Positions 12,301 through 23,400 of a stretch of 64,000 nt of DNA are shown here, piece by piece (positions within the stretch are counted from its first letter, which is position 1; the number at the start of each line of letters is the position of its first letter). Below the pieces are notes generated by a model that saw nothing but the letters and a program-made list of their open reading frames with translations, had not been told where the DNA came from and made no database searches. Both the position numbers and the translations under genes were made by a program. The DNA is from Antedon mediterranea (Eukaryota > Animalia > Echinodermata): contig NC_092672.1 in NCBI RefSeq assembly GCF_964355755.1, positions 5,828,001 to 5,892,000 on the forward strand, read 5' to 3'.

Positions 12301-13675
12301 ATTTTTTTGCGCAATTTCAAATTGCGCAAATCGTTCAAATCGCGCATAACATATATAACAAGAATGAGTATTCCGCGATTTTTGCATGAGAAATTTGTAA
12401 CAGAGAGCTCCAGAGAGTGATGCCCGTGATGTATACATACTAAATAAGACTTGATTTAATAGATATTATACATGTCACATTAAATAGAATTATGATAATA
12501 TATTTCGCAATTGTAAACTATTTTATAATACATATTTATTAACAAACTAGTGTACATTCACTTTTACAGACAATTATTTACTAACATGCTAAATTAGTTC
12601 ACAAAAAAGGCCTAACACAGCAACACCAAAATCAACAAATCGTTACTCAGCACGGCCTATTCTTTACCATTGCCGCGTACTACTCTACGCCCGGTAAATT
12701 AAGTATTGTTTTTATGATATAAATTAGTATAAAATACATGTTATTTATAGGATAAAATGTTAAATGTCATTAACATTTATTTGTTTTACCAGAAAGAAGT
12801 TAAATATAGGAATATTATTAAACTATCCTTTGTGAAATCGCGTAAACACCAACACGCCCGGTCACGCTATCGTAGCGCCCGGTTGATAAAGCGAACTGTT
12901 TATACGGCAGTTTTTACTAAATAAATTGCATAAAACGAACAACTAAATATCCAAATAGCATTTAACATGATGTTGGCATGTAGTTGATAACATTTTTTAT
13001 CATGAAAATACTACCGGTGGTCTAGCCTTTGATTATTGAAACCGTCACAAAAAGTTGTATACATCCCAGATACATCCACACTTATGGCGGCGCCCTACCA
13101 CATGGACAATATTACTGTTACAGGGAAAATCGCGGATTACTCATTCTTGTTATATATATTCTTTGATACAACAGACGCGATATGAAAAAAAAATCCTTAT
13201 ATGATGACGTCACACACGTACCAGAACCCCATTGGCTGATTATGACGTAATGCAATTTTACCGTACCTTAGTATAACAGAAGTTAGAATACGGTACCGTA
13301 TCTTTAGCCACAGCGTTTTTTTTTAGTGCAAATTAATAATATTAACGCTTTAAGTTTAATAATAATAAAAAATGTTTCACTCTTCATCCAATACTGCTCT
13401 GTGGCTGTCTAGAACATTCTACAAACATAAATTGACGCACTAACCCCACTTTCTACTAGGCCTCTAGTCTATGCTATAGCATGACTAACAGACAGCAAAT
13501 CGCCCTTAACTCAGTCAGCTGCTGCCCTGGTAGGCCTAATTCCATCATCAGCAGTAAATGTTGGGCCTAGCCTAGCCTACGCTATTTATATTAATATCGA
13601 CGTCAAGTCCCGGTTAAAACAAAAATTAAATAAAACATCTTACATTTTATCTGATTGATGTTGTCGTTTCCCCAT
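312..13675 (-). CDS. PPIL2: RING-type E3 ubiquitin ligase / cyclophilin PPIL2 (Cyp60), multi-exon, 3' end outside window
   Basis: GT-AG exons in continuous frame: 13644-13675 ([11 protein letters not shown]), 8616-8665 ([15 protein letters not shown]), 8172-8220 (FKRLPFDHC), 7870-7984 ([19 protein letters not shown]-box), 7369-7420, 6572-6663 ([10 protein letters not shown]), 6108-6273, 5066-5166, 4478-4522, 4323-4398 ([15 protein letters not shown]), 3882-3988, 3057-3146 (FHRSIKNFM), 2675-2708 (IQGGDPT), 2333-2450 ([17 protein letters not shown]), 1660-1849 ([12 protein letters not shown]), 312-460 (SGVGKYI). The last exon ends in a GT donor. Confidence 0.97.
477..1421. repeat. 44-bp minisatellite, ~21 copies, in a PPIL2 intron
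   Basis: Unit ACAATTACTATCAATATCAGTAGACACAACAATGATTACATTTT, period 44 (481, 525, ...), few substitutions, no spacers. Confidence 0.97.
1930..2085 (+). mobile_element. Truncated Deu-domain SINE copy
   Basis: GGATAAGGACTATAAACCGTAGGTCC...ACAGCCACTGATCATAACTGGGCCCTCTGGGAGACC matches the full copies at 29945 and 40586. Confidence 0.85.
3335..3670 (-). mobile_element. tRNA-derived Deu-domain SINE, full length
   Basis: Reverse complement of the 40586-40890 copy: A box TGGCCGAGCGG, B box GGTTCGAG, Deu/Nin-like core, short TTCAA-type tail; small head duplication at 3648-3670. Confidence 0.9.
4618..4964. mobile_element. Kolobok-like non-autonomous DNA element
   Basis: TTAA|AGATGTA ... TACATCT|TTAA. 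Related copies at about 40203-40510 and 52730-52951 (reverse) share GAAGATTAATTAAATCAGACTT and TTTTCACTTATAAAATGACAAAATA. Confidence 0.65.
5323..5900. repeat. ~16-bp minisatellite (CAGGGGACACCATATT variants) at a Tc1/mariner-type MITE end
   Basis: Starts CAGTAGAACCCC, then roughly 30 variant units of (TT)CAGGGGACACC(A/C)TATT. Confidence 0.85.
7020..7347. mobile_element. Small TIR element (MITE)
   Basis: TTGTCAATTGTATGATCCAC ... GTGGGTCATACAATTGACAA imperfect inverted repeats; no clear TSD. Confidence 0.55.
8264..8417. repeat. 77-bp tandem duplication
   Basis: AAAGGTAATTTATTATACTGTACC...AGAAAACCTT repeated head to tail. Confidence 0.9.
8878..9968. mobile_element. Mutator-like (MULE) non-autonomous element
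   Basis: ~90-bp TIRs (GGGTGTCACGAAAGCTCAGACC...) flanked by direct repeat CTCTATTAGCC at 8867-8877 and 9969-9979. Confidence 0.85.
10255..10530 (-). mobile_element. L2/CR1-type LINE 3' end
   Basis: Minus-strand translation [38 protein letters not shown] resembles the L2 ORF2 C-terminus; (TTGAAT)n tail. Confidence 0.75.
11497..13165. mobile_element. P-element-like non-autonomous element, middle layer
   Basis: TIR CAAAGAATATATATAACAAGAATGAGTAWTCCGCGATTTT (left copy split by the inner element); 7-bp TSD ATACAAC at 11490-11496 and 13166-13172. Confidence 0.75.
11510..12351. mobile_element. Ginger-like TIR element with TTGCGCAA subterminal arrays, inner layer
   Basis: TGTTATGCGCGATTTGAAC ... 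GTTCAAATCGCGCATAACA termini; 4-bp TATA duplication deduced from the intact right TIR of the host element; many palindromic TTGCGCAA units. Confidence 0.7.
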
Positions 13676-16215
13676 GTTGCTTGTTTGTGGAAAACCTAAA
13701 AAGTAGGGCCAAAAGTAGGACTAAACAAAAAATAATACAATTTGCAATTATTTATTCCCGTATTCGTTTGTTGGTAGTTTATGTACGTTGTAAATAAATG
13801 TAGTTAATAGAGGGGGCTATGTCCTTTTTTTTAAATGACAATTCCGATTTCAATTCTTTATTACTTTTTTACTAAGTATTTATTATACCTTGTAATTAAT
13901 ATGTTTTGTTATTATAGAGGTCTATTACCAAGGTAATTACTGAATTTTGAAACGGGCCATTACCAAAATAATTGTGACTGACATGATAGATGATAAATAG
14001 GCATTGTATATGGAAACGAATTAACACAACATAATATCATAATAGGCCTACTATTATTATACAATACAAAATAAATTCTACTAAACATTTCTAGATACTG
14101 GCCGATTTGAAAATAGTGAAACTAATATTCGTTGAAATTGCTTTATTAATAGCGGTAACAACTTGAGAAGTAAAGCTGTGCTTTGTGGGGAGCCTTTGTG
14201 ACAAATGTTGATGATATGCAAAGAACTGTTAAGTAGATTAATAGAATTAGTAAATCAGTGTAGACGCCCATAATCTACATCATTTGGCCATACATCGAGG
14301 GAGTCACACGCCCACTCATTAAATCCGCTGGAGTCAATACGTAACAGTTTGTCATTTTATTTATTTATTTATTTGTTTTAGTGTGACACTTTTTTCTGTA
14401 AAATTACGTCGTGTTCCTTACTGAACTGAACTGAACTTTTATTGTATCTCTTTTAAATCAGAGGCACAGTCTCAGTGAGATGTGCAACAAGTTTACAGTG
14501 AAAAATAATACATACACACTTAAATATAAATACAAAACATGAAATTAGACATAAGAACAAATTGTAATTAAATTAATTATTGATTGATTAACTTAACAAT
14601 GACGACAGTTTGCGCCTCACTTCTTAATTACGTATGATACATTTCTAACACAAGAAATACGAGCAGAAATGACTGTTAGACTCAATAGCTGTTTGAAAGA
14701 TTTTATCCCTGAGCGAACGCTGTACACGTAAACAATGTTTTTTTTATTGATACTTTGTATTCTTTGGAAATTGAGTACCGAATACGGTAGGTCAAAAGAT
14801 GAATTTACACAAAATCGTAGGTTAACAATAGAATTACTTACGAACTAGGAATACTAATAATATGAAGAAGAATAAACAAATAATACAATTAACACAACAT
14901 ATAAACTTTTAAAATGAATAACATACAATGACATTAACTCTTAATGAAAACATGTACCAATTATCGCTAACTTTAGGCCTAACAAAACTATGTGATAAAT
15001 TTGTAAATATATAAGAATTTGTAATAATTAATATCATCTTTTGATCATCTTTGTGCAATTATTATAGTAGTTTTAAGTTTAAATAAATTATAAAATAATT
15101 ACTACTGTATAGGCCTTAATGTGTTTTTTCACATTATCATTTTCCTATGTAAGCTCTTCATTTCAACTATGAGTTGTATTTTGAGTCTTTTTATACCAAC
15201 TAAATAAATAAAAACAAACGTGCATAACCCGTTCAGTCTTAGCCGGGTAGGTTGATAACCCACCTAACACCAAAGTTTGCGAGATTTTGACCCATGACCA
15301 TCGGGATACATTTTTCTATGCCATGGCACAAACTTAAAAGGGTTCATAACAACCAAACGACCTCATTGGATGCAACGTATCAGTGTCCTCATTCACCAAT
15401 CACACTAAGGTCCAGGGGTCCTTTTTATACCCTTTATCATTTAGCCAATATAGTCCTATTGAAGGATTTCTCTTCAATTTTTTTAGGACTGGAGAATTGT
15501 TAAAGTTCAAAGGGCAGAGTCTACCGTATCCTGGTGTGAATGGTGATTACGGCCACTGCACAATTACTTATTGTCAGTGAGTAACTTAGTAGTGTAAGTC
15601 TACAATATTGTATTATTATACTTTAAGTGCCAGTCAAGACACTTTTGTCATTACTTTCTTAAACATTCAAGAATAGTTTTAGAATATTAACTTATTTAAA
15701 TTCAGTTAAACCCTATTAAGAGACACCTTCTGAACGTCCAACGATTGTCCCTTAATAGCAGTGGTACTCTTATTCAGGGGATAAAGCCAATCACCCAATC
15801 CCCTTAATATACCAAAAACAATAATAATGGATCTGGACTCAGGAATTTAAGAAAAATTGAGAATGTAACAGCCAGCATATTAACCAGTGGAAATTGGCCT
15901 ACAAAGACAGATAGAATATCAAAAGTATTTAAATTTTCATAGATATATGAGATACCGATAAGTACTGTAATATTAAAGTTTGTTTATTTTATAGCTGTGA
16001 AATATTTTGTTAAAATTTGCGGAAAGACAATAACCCCAAACAAAGCCAATCAACAAAGTCTATAGACACAACACAAGCAAGTTGACCAATGACAACCAAG
16101 AGTTCGAATAATCTATTAGCCGTGATTGGTCAAATCACTTACGTTGCTCTTCTTACGTGTCCTTTTTTTGCGTCTTTAGTTGGAATCAAGCATTGTACTT
16201 AATAACAGATTCAGG

Positions 16216-17559
16216 TCAATGCTTATTCACAAGAGATTGTATATAGTGATTTATAACAGATATTAAAACAGAGATAAATGCCCAGATTCCAAAAAATAAA
16301 CAAACATTTCTGAATCCAAACATTCCCATTAAAATCGGTGATAAAATTGACGTTGTAAGAGCACAAATGTCTTCAGATAGAGAGATGAGCGCCTGCACCC
16401 GGCTAAACACATGACGATACTTTTCTCGACCTCTTTCCGATAAAATCACAAACATCCAATATCGGATCATTGAAAAAAGCAATTGTGAAATACCATAACA
16501 AGCTCCAACCATTGGTAGTGTTTCAGAAAACGGCAATAATATTGTTGATACGCCTATGGTTACAAAACATATTGATGTCCATAGGAATTGGTTCGTTTTG
16601 ATATTATACGCAATTGCTATTCCGACTGTTTGTAGAATGTATGCAGGGGCATACACAAGAGGGGTCCAGGATGAGTGAAATTTATCATTTAACCATAAAG
16701 CAATTACAGGCATAAGTGCACTTCTGGTTAAACTAGAACACGTGTATACGGACAATGCCGATGACATTGAGATATTGATTATGGGTAAAAAACTTTTAAT
16801 AAGTTGATTATGTTCTTTTTCATGTTTTGTAGTTGGTTCCATTTCCAATCCTTCGTCTATCGATTGATATTCACATTTTATAATAGGTTCGTTAATAACA
16901 ACTTGAACTTGATCAGTTTCATGTACGCATAGTAAATATAATACTATATTGATGAAAACTAGCGTTGTTATTGGTAAAAATGTCCACGTTTGGCCCAGTT
17001 CGTTATACACAAAACCAGCATAACTAGGCCCTAACAATTTAACACTGTATAGTATCTGAAGAATTGCAATGCACTGCATTCGAACTGTGGAATCTGCAAA
17101 AGGGCTCAATATAGAAGAAATACCTGATACTGTCAAACAACAAAGCGATATTCCTAAAAAGATATCACCGATAATATACCATGATAATTCTCTCGAGAAA
17201 GCAAAAATTAAAGTCTGCATGAAAAGCGACAACATACCAACAAACAGTGGTTTCTCGGCGCCGAAAACATCAGTTATGTACGCAAGTGCCGGAGTTAAAG
17301 ACATAGATACAATTGTCGGTGTTGCAAAAAGAAGTGCCGTGCTTTCAGTTGTTTCAATTGTGAGCTGATGACCCAGCGTGGTATTTTGAACGTAATAGAT
17401 TCCATGAACTGAAAGATGTAACATTTCAGGTACGATCGGTACTATAGCCGACATCACAGCAAACTGAGTAGCAATAGCTAGAAATATGAACATTACTTTC
17501 AAATAAAGTAACTTAAATTTCATTCGTTTATTACTGATCGCGTCCACCATGATAAACAT
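16216..17559 (-). CDS. MFS transporter, divergent SLC18A (vesicular acetylcholine/monoamine transporter)-like, single coding exon
   Basis: Intact 447-aa hydrophobic ORF with about 12 TM segments; blocks align by eye with SLC18A: FLAIATQFAVMSAIVPIVP, ALLFATP, PLFVGMLSLFMQTLIFAFS, LLGPSYAGFVY, ALMPVIALWL, VFSRVQALISLS. The start could be M1, M4 or M13. Probable 5'UTR intron 17588-18023 (CAG|GTAAGT ... CTGATCTTACAG). Confidence 0.9.
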   Translation of the reverse strand: MFIMVDAISNKRMKFKLLYLKVMFIFLAIATQFAVMSAIVPIVPEMLHLSVHGIYYVQNTTLGHQLTIETTESTALLFATPTIVSMSLTPALAYITDVFGAEKPLFVGMLSLFMQTLIFAFSRELSWYIIGDIFLGISLCCLTVSGISSILSPFADSTVRMQCIAILQILYSVKLLGPSYAGFVYNELGQTWTFLPITTLVFINIVLYLLCVHETDQVQVVINEPIIKCEYQSIDEGLEMEPTTKHEKEHNQLIKSFLPIINISMSSALSVYTCSSLTRSALMPVIALWLNDKFHSSWTPLVYAPAYILQTVGIAIAYNIKTNQFLWTSICFVTIGVSTILLPFSETLPMVGACYGISQLLFSMIRYWMFVILSERGREKYRHVFSRVQALISLSEDICALTTSILSPILMGMFGFRNVCLFFGIWAFISVLISVINHYIQSLVNKH

Positions 17560-18194
17560 GCCAATCGACCGATATCTGACAAGCTTACTGTAAGATCAGT
17601 CGTCATTGTTAGTACGTCACTTTCACTTTATTTAGTCAGTGTAAACGAAAATACAATGAATCGGTTACATTGTATTCACACGTTAAATCTTTAATTCTGT
17701 AATCACAAAAGGTTATATAGTTTGCCAAAAAGATGGGGGATTTCGTTAATAATATGCATATGCGCAATACGTAACACACGACGACGCTCAGAAAAGAATC
17801 TCTATAACAACCAAAATCCAGTAAAACTTAGGCCTAATGTCATTGTACTCAGTAGTCTCTGTTTTGGGCTAAGGTAATAAGAAAATAGCAGTGGATGGAT
17901 GGGCTGGTTTCTGAGAATCATGCATTAAGGGTTCAAAAGTTTAAAAAATTAGCAATGGGCCTATGATTTTTTTTTTTATCGCAATAAGATTCGATACAGA
18001 AAACAAGTCCCAAGGCTACTTACCTGAAATAGGATTTCACTTGTATTTCATAATTATGATATTAATATTCATGATTTTCACTCCTAAAAAAATCGCATTT
18101 GTCTTATGTATGTTGATGGAAATTCGATAAAGATAAAATTAAAATTATAGAGGCCGGTGTGGGTGTAATTATTCGACTTGTATTATTATTTATT

Positions 18195-19372
18195 ATAGAG
18201 TAGAACTACTTGTTTTCTTGACCTCATAAGTGTATAACCAAGGTGATGCTGAGCTCCGGAGATCAAAGGGTTTGTATGTGGCCTACGCCTCTTAAACAGA
18301 CACCGCGCGCCGCGGATGATGTACATAGTAGGTTTACTACTGTGGTATTTTTCGCATCCATACTAAGTTCAAAGGAACTTTACAAGTTTCTATATATTGG
18401 CGTACGAATCTTCCTAAATCTGGCATCAAATTAACATTTCAAATGATCAAAAATACGGATAACCTCCGAGCCATTTTCAACCAAAATTCATTACATCAAT
18501 TGAAAATGAGTGTTTTTTGAATGAAATAAACCTGCGCCGCGTTTTAGCAAAATTTAAAGAAGTTTTCGTGGGTCCTACTAAACACCACTCGCAACCACGT
18601 CCTAGCACTCGCTACAACGCGCGCAACCACTCGCAACCGAAATTCATATTAATTAAAGTACATTTGGCTTATTTATTGTCTTATTATCAATAAAAACTTA
18701 TTTTTATACATATAAACGTCAAATTAGTCATAAAACTACGGAAAACAATCGTCAATCAACGCGTCAACTCACGCAAGAAATAACAACTCAGAATATAGAA
18801 GGTGCCAGCCATTAATTATTCCAATGTTTTTCATAACGTTTATGTAATTCAACCATTATGTAATAATGACATAACGAAAATACAAGGATTTTTTTTCTCT
18901 TTCGGATCCGAATAGATTAAATTTAATATATATTAAAATAGTATAAGGTCTTCATGAAATATATTCAAATCAAATCAAATCAACTTTTGTTTTGGTTTGG
19001 ATAGCCTATATGTCCATAATAATACAAATTGGCATCATTTAATTAATTATTATCATTAATTAAATTATATTATTATGATAGGCCAAACAAGTATTAAAAT
19101 AGGTATTTAACTTTCCAATATTAATTTTTATATAAACATTCACAGTGGAATAGTCCCATTTAATTGTTGACGCATTCAACAATTGAAGCACAACAACGGT
19201 TGCGAGTGGTTGCGCGTTAAAGCGAGTGGTAGGACGTGGTTGCGAGTGGTGTTTAGTAGGACCCATTTTCGTAGGCTACACAAATATACGCTGACGTACG
19301 GACGGCGGATATCCGTCGTATGAACATGCACAGAGCCATATATAATTTATATATAATTATATATAGCTCTGA
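18195..19372. mobile_element. Probable Helentron-associated/DINE-like element carrying a nested MITE
   Basis: CpG-rich island ending ACGGACGGCGGATATCCGTCGT and hairpin CAGAGCCATATATAAT...ATTATATATAGCTCTG; boundaries and family approximate. Confidence 0.45.
18570..19264. mobile_element. MITE with ~68-bp TIRs
   Basis: GGGTCCTACTAAACACCACTCGCAACCACGTCCTA... inverted at 19197-19264; flanks GTTTTCGT / ATTTTCGT (8-bp TSD with one mismatch). Confidence 0.85.
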
Positions 19373-19391
19373 TTTAACACAAAATACAGCG

Positions 19392-19463
19392 CCACCAACG
19401 ACTTTGGTGAGAGCTGGAAAAACAACACCACCAACGACTTTGGTGAGAGCTGGAAAAACAACA
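19392..19463. repeat. 36-bp tandem duplication upstream of the probable PNLDC1 leader exon
   Basis: CCACCAACGACTTTGGTGAGAGCTGGAAAAACAACA x2. Confidence 0.85.
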
Positions 19464-20474
19464 TGTGTACTACTGTGTGTGTGTAGTATGCGCGCAGTGT
19501 TTAAATTGCCACAAACACTTCATAAATCCATGATATACGAACGCATTATACGTTATATACCCTTTAAAAATATATATAGTAAGTGTAAGTAAGGATCCAG
19601 TAAGTAATTTAATCAAAGGAAAGCCTAGCTAACTATATAAAGATTGGATTCAGCTCGGCCCTACTAGATGAGGCCTGATGGGCTAGGGTTGGCCTAGTAG
19701 AGAAGTAGTAGTAGCTAGGCGCTAGCCTCTACTAGAGAACCAGTCTGTTAAGTTAAGCCTACCTAGGCCCTAGAGACTAGACCCCAGGCCTTATTAATGC
19801 TGAGTCAACCAGATTTTAATGGTAAGGCCTATGATTTTGAAAATGGAATTTGAAAATTTTGAAATAAACATTGTAAACGCCAACAAGGGACAAGTTCAAT
19901 ACGTCTCTTTTTTCAAGAAACGGAAACTTCAATAATCAAGCAATGCTGCTGTGCAGGGAAATGTAACTAAAAGAAATAACTAAACAGGATTTTAAGACAG
20001 CATGTTAATTAAAAAATCGTAATTCCTGCAAACAAAAATTACTGTAAAATGTTCTTTTATAATAGAAAGGTTGTGTTGATTGGCTAAAATCCAATGGAAA
20101 AAAAGATACAGTGTTAAACTTAAAGCATAGGCACACTGTTCACGCTGTTTTATCATGGTGCAGTTGCACCTGAACTTATACACTAAATTTAGGTAGTAAA
20201 TTACAGTTTTTTTAAGTGATTTTTTTTAATTCACTTTTTGAAAAAGTGAATAAATATTATTCTACATTAAAGTGGTATATTTCAGGGACAATAATATATC
20301 CTTTCAGTTTCTTTTGAAAGGCTATAAGGTTACATAAGACCAATAATTCATTTTATAAGTCTGCAAAATTGTCAAAAACATAATAAATATGTCTGGCTTT
20401 TAGAAACACTACAAAAGAATATACCTTGACCTCTGATTCGTCGTTTTTATGTAGATTTGTGAATATTCAATACA

Positions 20475-23400
20475 ATGTGTGAGGTGTTGAAGTCTAATTT
20501 TGATGAAATTTATCCAGAAATTGAGGATGCAATCAAAGAAAGTTCATTTATAGGTAAAGTATGATAATCTATTAATTTTTGTAATTAATAAGTATTTATT
20601 TTTTGTTACCATTTTAATGACTCGAGGGTGATCCATCCAGCAATTGCTGATCATTAGGGACCTTCAGAGGTTCACAAGACAAACATATACACAAGATGCT
20701 CTACATAAACAAAGTTCTATTGCAAGTCTTTGGGAGTGGAGTTGTAATTTTGTCCTTAGAAAAAATCCAGACATGTGACAGGACTTGAACCCAGGACCCT
20801 TCGAGTGGTAGCCAAGCATCATAACCACCAAGCCACAAGTCTCACTAATTTTATGTTTGTTCGCTATCAAATCACTGAAAAAAATTATTATTTATCCCAT
20901 AATTCAGAAATGATAATTAATATGTATAATATAACGCCATTTAACCAGTTTTCACTTTACAATATAAGCTGCAACAAAAAATATAGAGCTATTTGATTAA
21001 GCGTTCTTATCTTGATTAAACTAACTGTATCATCTTGAATGTTTAATGACCTTGCACATTGCATTTTGGGTAATCTTAATGTTTTTCTCGTTTTTATAAA
21101 TCTATTGTGCAAAGTATATAATGACTTTTTGTTTGGAGTGTTTTTACAATCCCTTCAGAGAAAGCTTTCATAGAATCACTAACCAAGACAGTAAAAGATT
21201 ATAGGCAATCAAGTCCACACCATTGGATTGTTTAAAAAACGACCTTATTTTAAATAAGATTAGAATTTTCATGAGGGATAAAGCTCGTCCTCTTTCCAAT
21301 ACTTTCTTTCTGTGTTAGTCCTCAAAGCTGCATGAGAAAAATAAATACTGAGCGCTATAATAAATCATTTATTCCTACTGCAGTTGGATCCTACAATGGT
21401 ACTCTAAGAAGATAGTGGTTTTGTTAAAATTTGTTAGATTTTTACTATTGTTGTGCTTTTTAAACGTTTTATGAATCTTTGTATACCACAACCAAATAAA
21501 ATTTGGGGTTTGGGATAATAAAGTTTTATTGAATTGTGATTACTGGGTCAACTAAACATTCTTCACACTTGTAAATAATGACTTAGTTCCGCTCATGCAT
21601 GCCTCAGAAGATTTTTTAATACAATGGGATTAAAAGAAATCAAGCTAGTCCTAGTCATTATCCCAGATTGACTTAAACTAATTCAATGCACCTACTTCTT
21701 CATAATTATGTACAATAGAGGAATATATGGGGAACAGGGATGATGTCACTAAAATCTGGCTATAAAGGTTTTGGTAGAAAGACGGATCTCTCTATCTTTT
21801 TTGTGTGTTGTAATAATAATAATAGTCCATTCTTATAGTACATATAAGCAAGCTCTCAATTCGCTGTACATAAATTAAAATAGGTAGGATTAAAAAAAAA
21901 AGTAGAACAAATGTGTAAAAACCATAAATAAATAGCCTCTTACAATCCTAATGTATTGCTTATTCTGAAGACATTAAATTAAATGCTTAAAAAAAAAAGC
22001 TGGTTGGCATGAAATCGCTGACTTTTTATTTAAAAAATGGAATATTAAAATACACAAGTACTTTTATAAGTAAAATTTGCAAATTTTTTATGCTGAGGAA
22101 TTTCTGAAAATCACAATTCAGGCATGATTGGCCAGATATAACAATGTATATTTCATTTGACTAATTTTGACAAGATAAATAGTACTGTAGAAACAGTGTG
22201 TCAATGACAAAAGAGGTCAACAAAAGTTGTCGCTAATTAAGCATGTCATTCCAACAAAAAAATAATACAACAGAAAGAAAACTACTAATAAAGTATTTAA
22301 ACAAATTATTTTACCTTTTTCATATACATGATTAACGTTTATAATGCTGCCCTTTCGACCCATACCTTCTAACTCCCCAATGTCTCTAATTCCCCATAAG
22401 CCTTGTCTACACTATCAAACTTTATGAGTCAAGAAAATGTGATGTCCCCATATATGGCAGTGCTATGCTTGAATATGGTAGTGCTATGCTTAAATATGAT
22501 AGTGATATGCTTAAATATGGTAGTGATATGACATCATCATGTCCAACCATATACTGTATGGGCACATCACATTTTCTGGAGACATAAAGTTTGATAGTGT
22601 AGGCAGAGCTTTAGCAAGCAAATAGTTTTCTTTGTACTAAACCTGAAGCCTGTGTTGTCAGAATTTTGGTTAAATGTAACCATTAAAAAAAAAAAAAGAT
22701 TCTGCTTATAAAAAAGAAAAAATATATTATATATATTATAAGCAAAATCTTTATTTTTTTTTTTTTTTATGGAAGTGAATAACTTTTATTATAAAGTCAT
22801 TTTTTATTTGTCATGCTTTGGGGACAATAAAAAAAAGTATGTTCTATTTTTAGCAATTGATTTAGAATTCACCGGTTTGCACATTCAAGATAGTTGTAAT
22901 AACATGATGTTTGATGGAGGAGCTGAACGGTACCTAAAACTGAAAAAGAATTGTCAGAGTTTTACAATAAGTCAGATAGGTATGCTATTGGTACATCTAT
23001 TTACAGTAGAACCTTCATTTTACGTACGGTACGGGACCAAAAGGCGTACGTAAAACATAGGATTTGTCAAATCTAGGTTGACCTTAAATTGACTCCAAGA
23101 TACGTAGGTCGTAGCTAAAAAGGCCGTCGTGTTTACCTACTTTACTCACGCAGTGGTCACTAGCATATCCTAGACAAAACCTAGCTAGATGTGAGGCCTA
23201 GCTGTGAGGCATAACTAGAAAAGTATATGCAGGCTGTGCGATGTTTAAATAAAGTATTATAAATAAAAAATCAATGTTCTTGTATTTTCTATCAATAAAA
23301 ACAGTCGCTGCTGTAGGGGTAATGCATGTGTGTGTGACTTGTCTCACAGCTCAGGCACAGCCTTGGCTTTGTGGTTTGTTGTTAAATTGCGCCCTCAATG

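Larger units (their letters stand above)
10877..13315. mobile_element. MULE-like element, outer layer of a nested insertion
   Basis: ~145-bp TIRs (CGCYGTGGCTAAAGATACGGTACCGTATTCTAACTTCTG...) at 10877-11023 and 13176-13315; T9 on each side. Confidence 0.85.
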
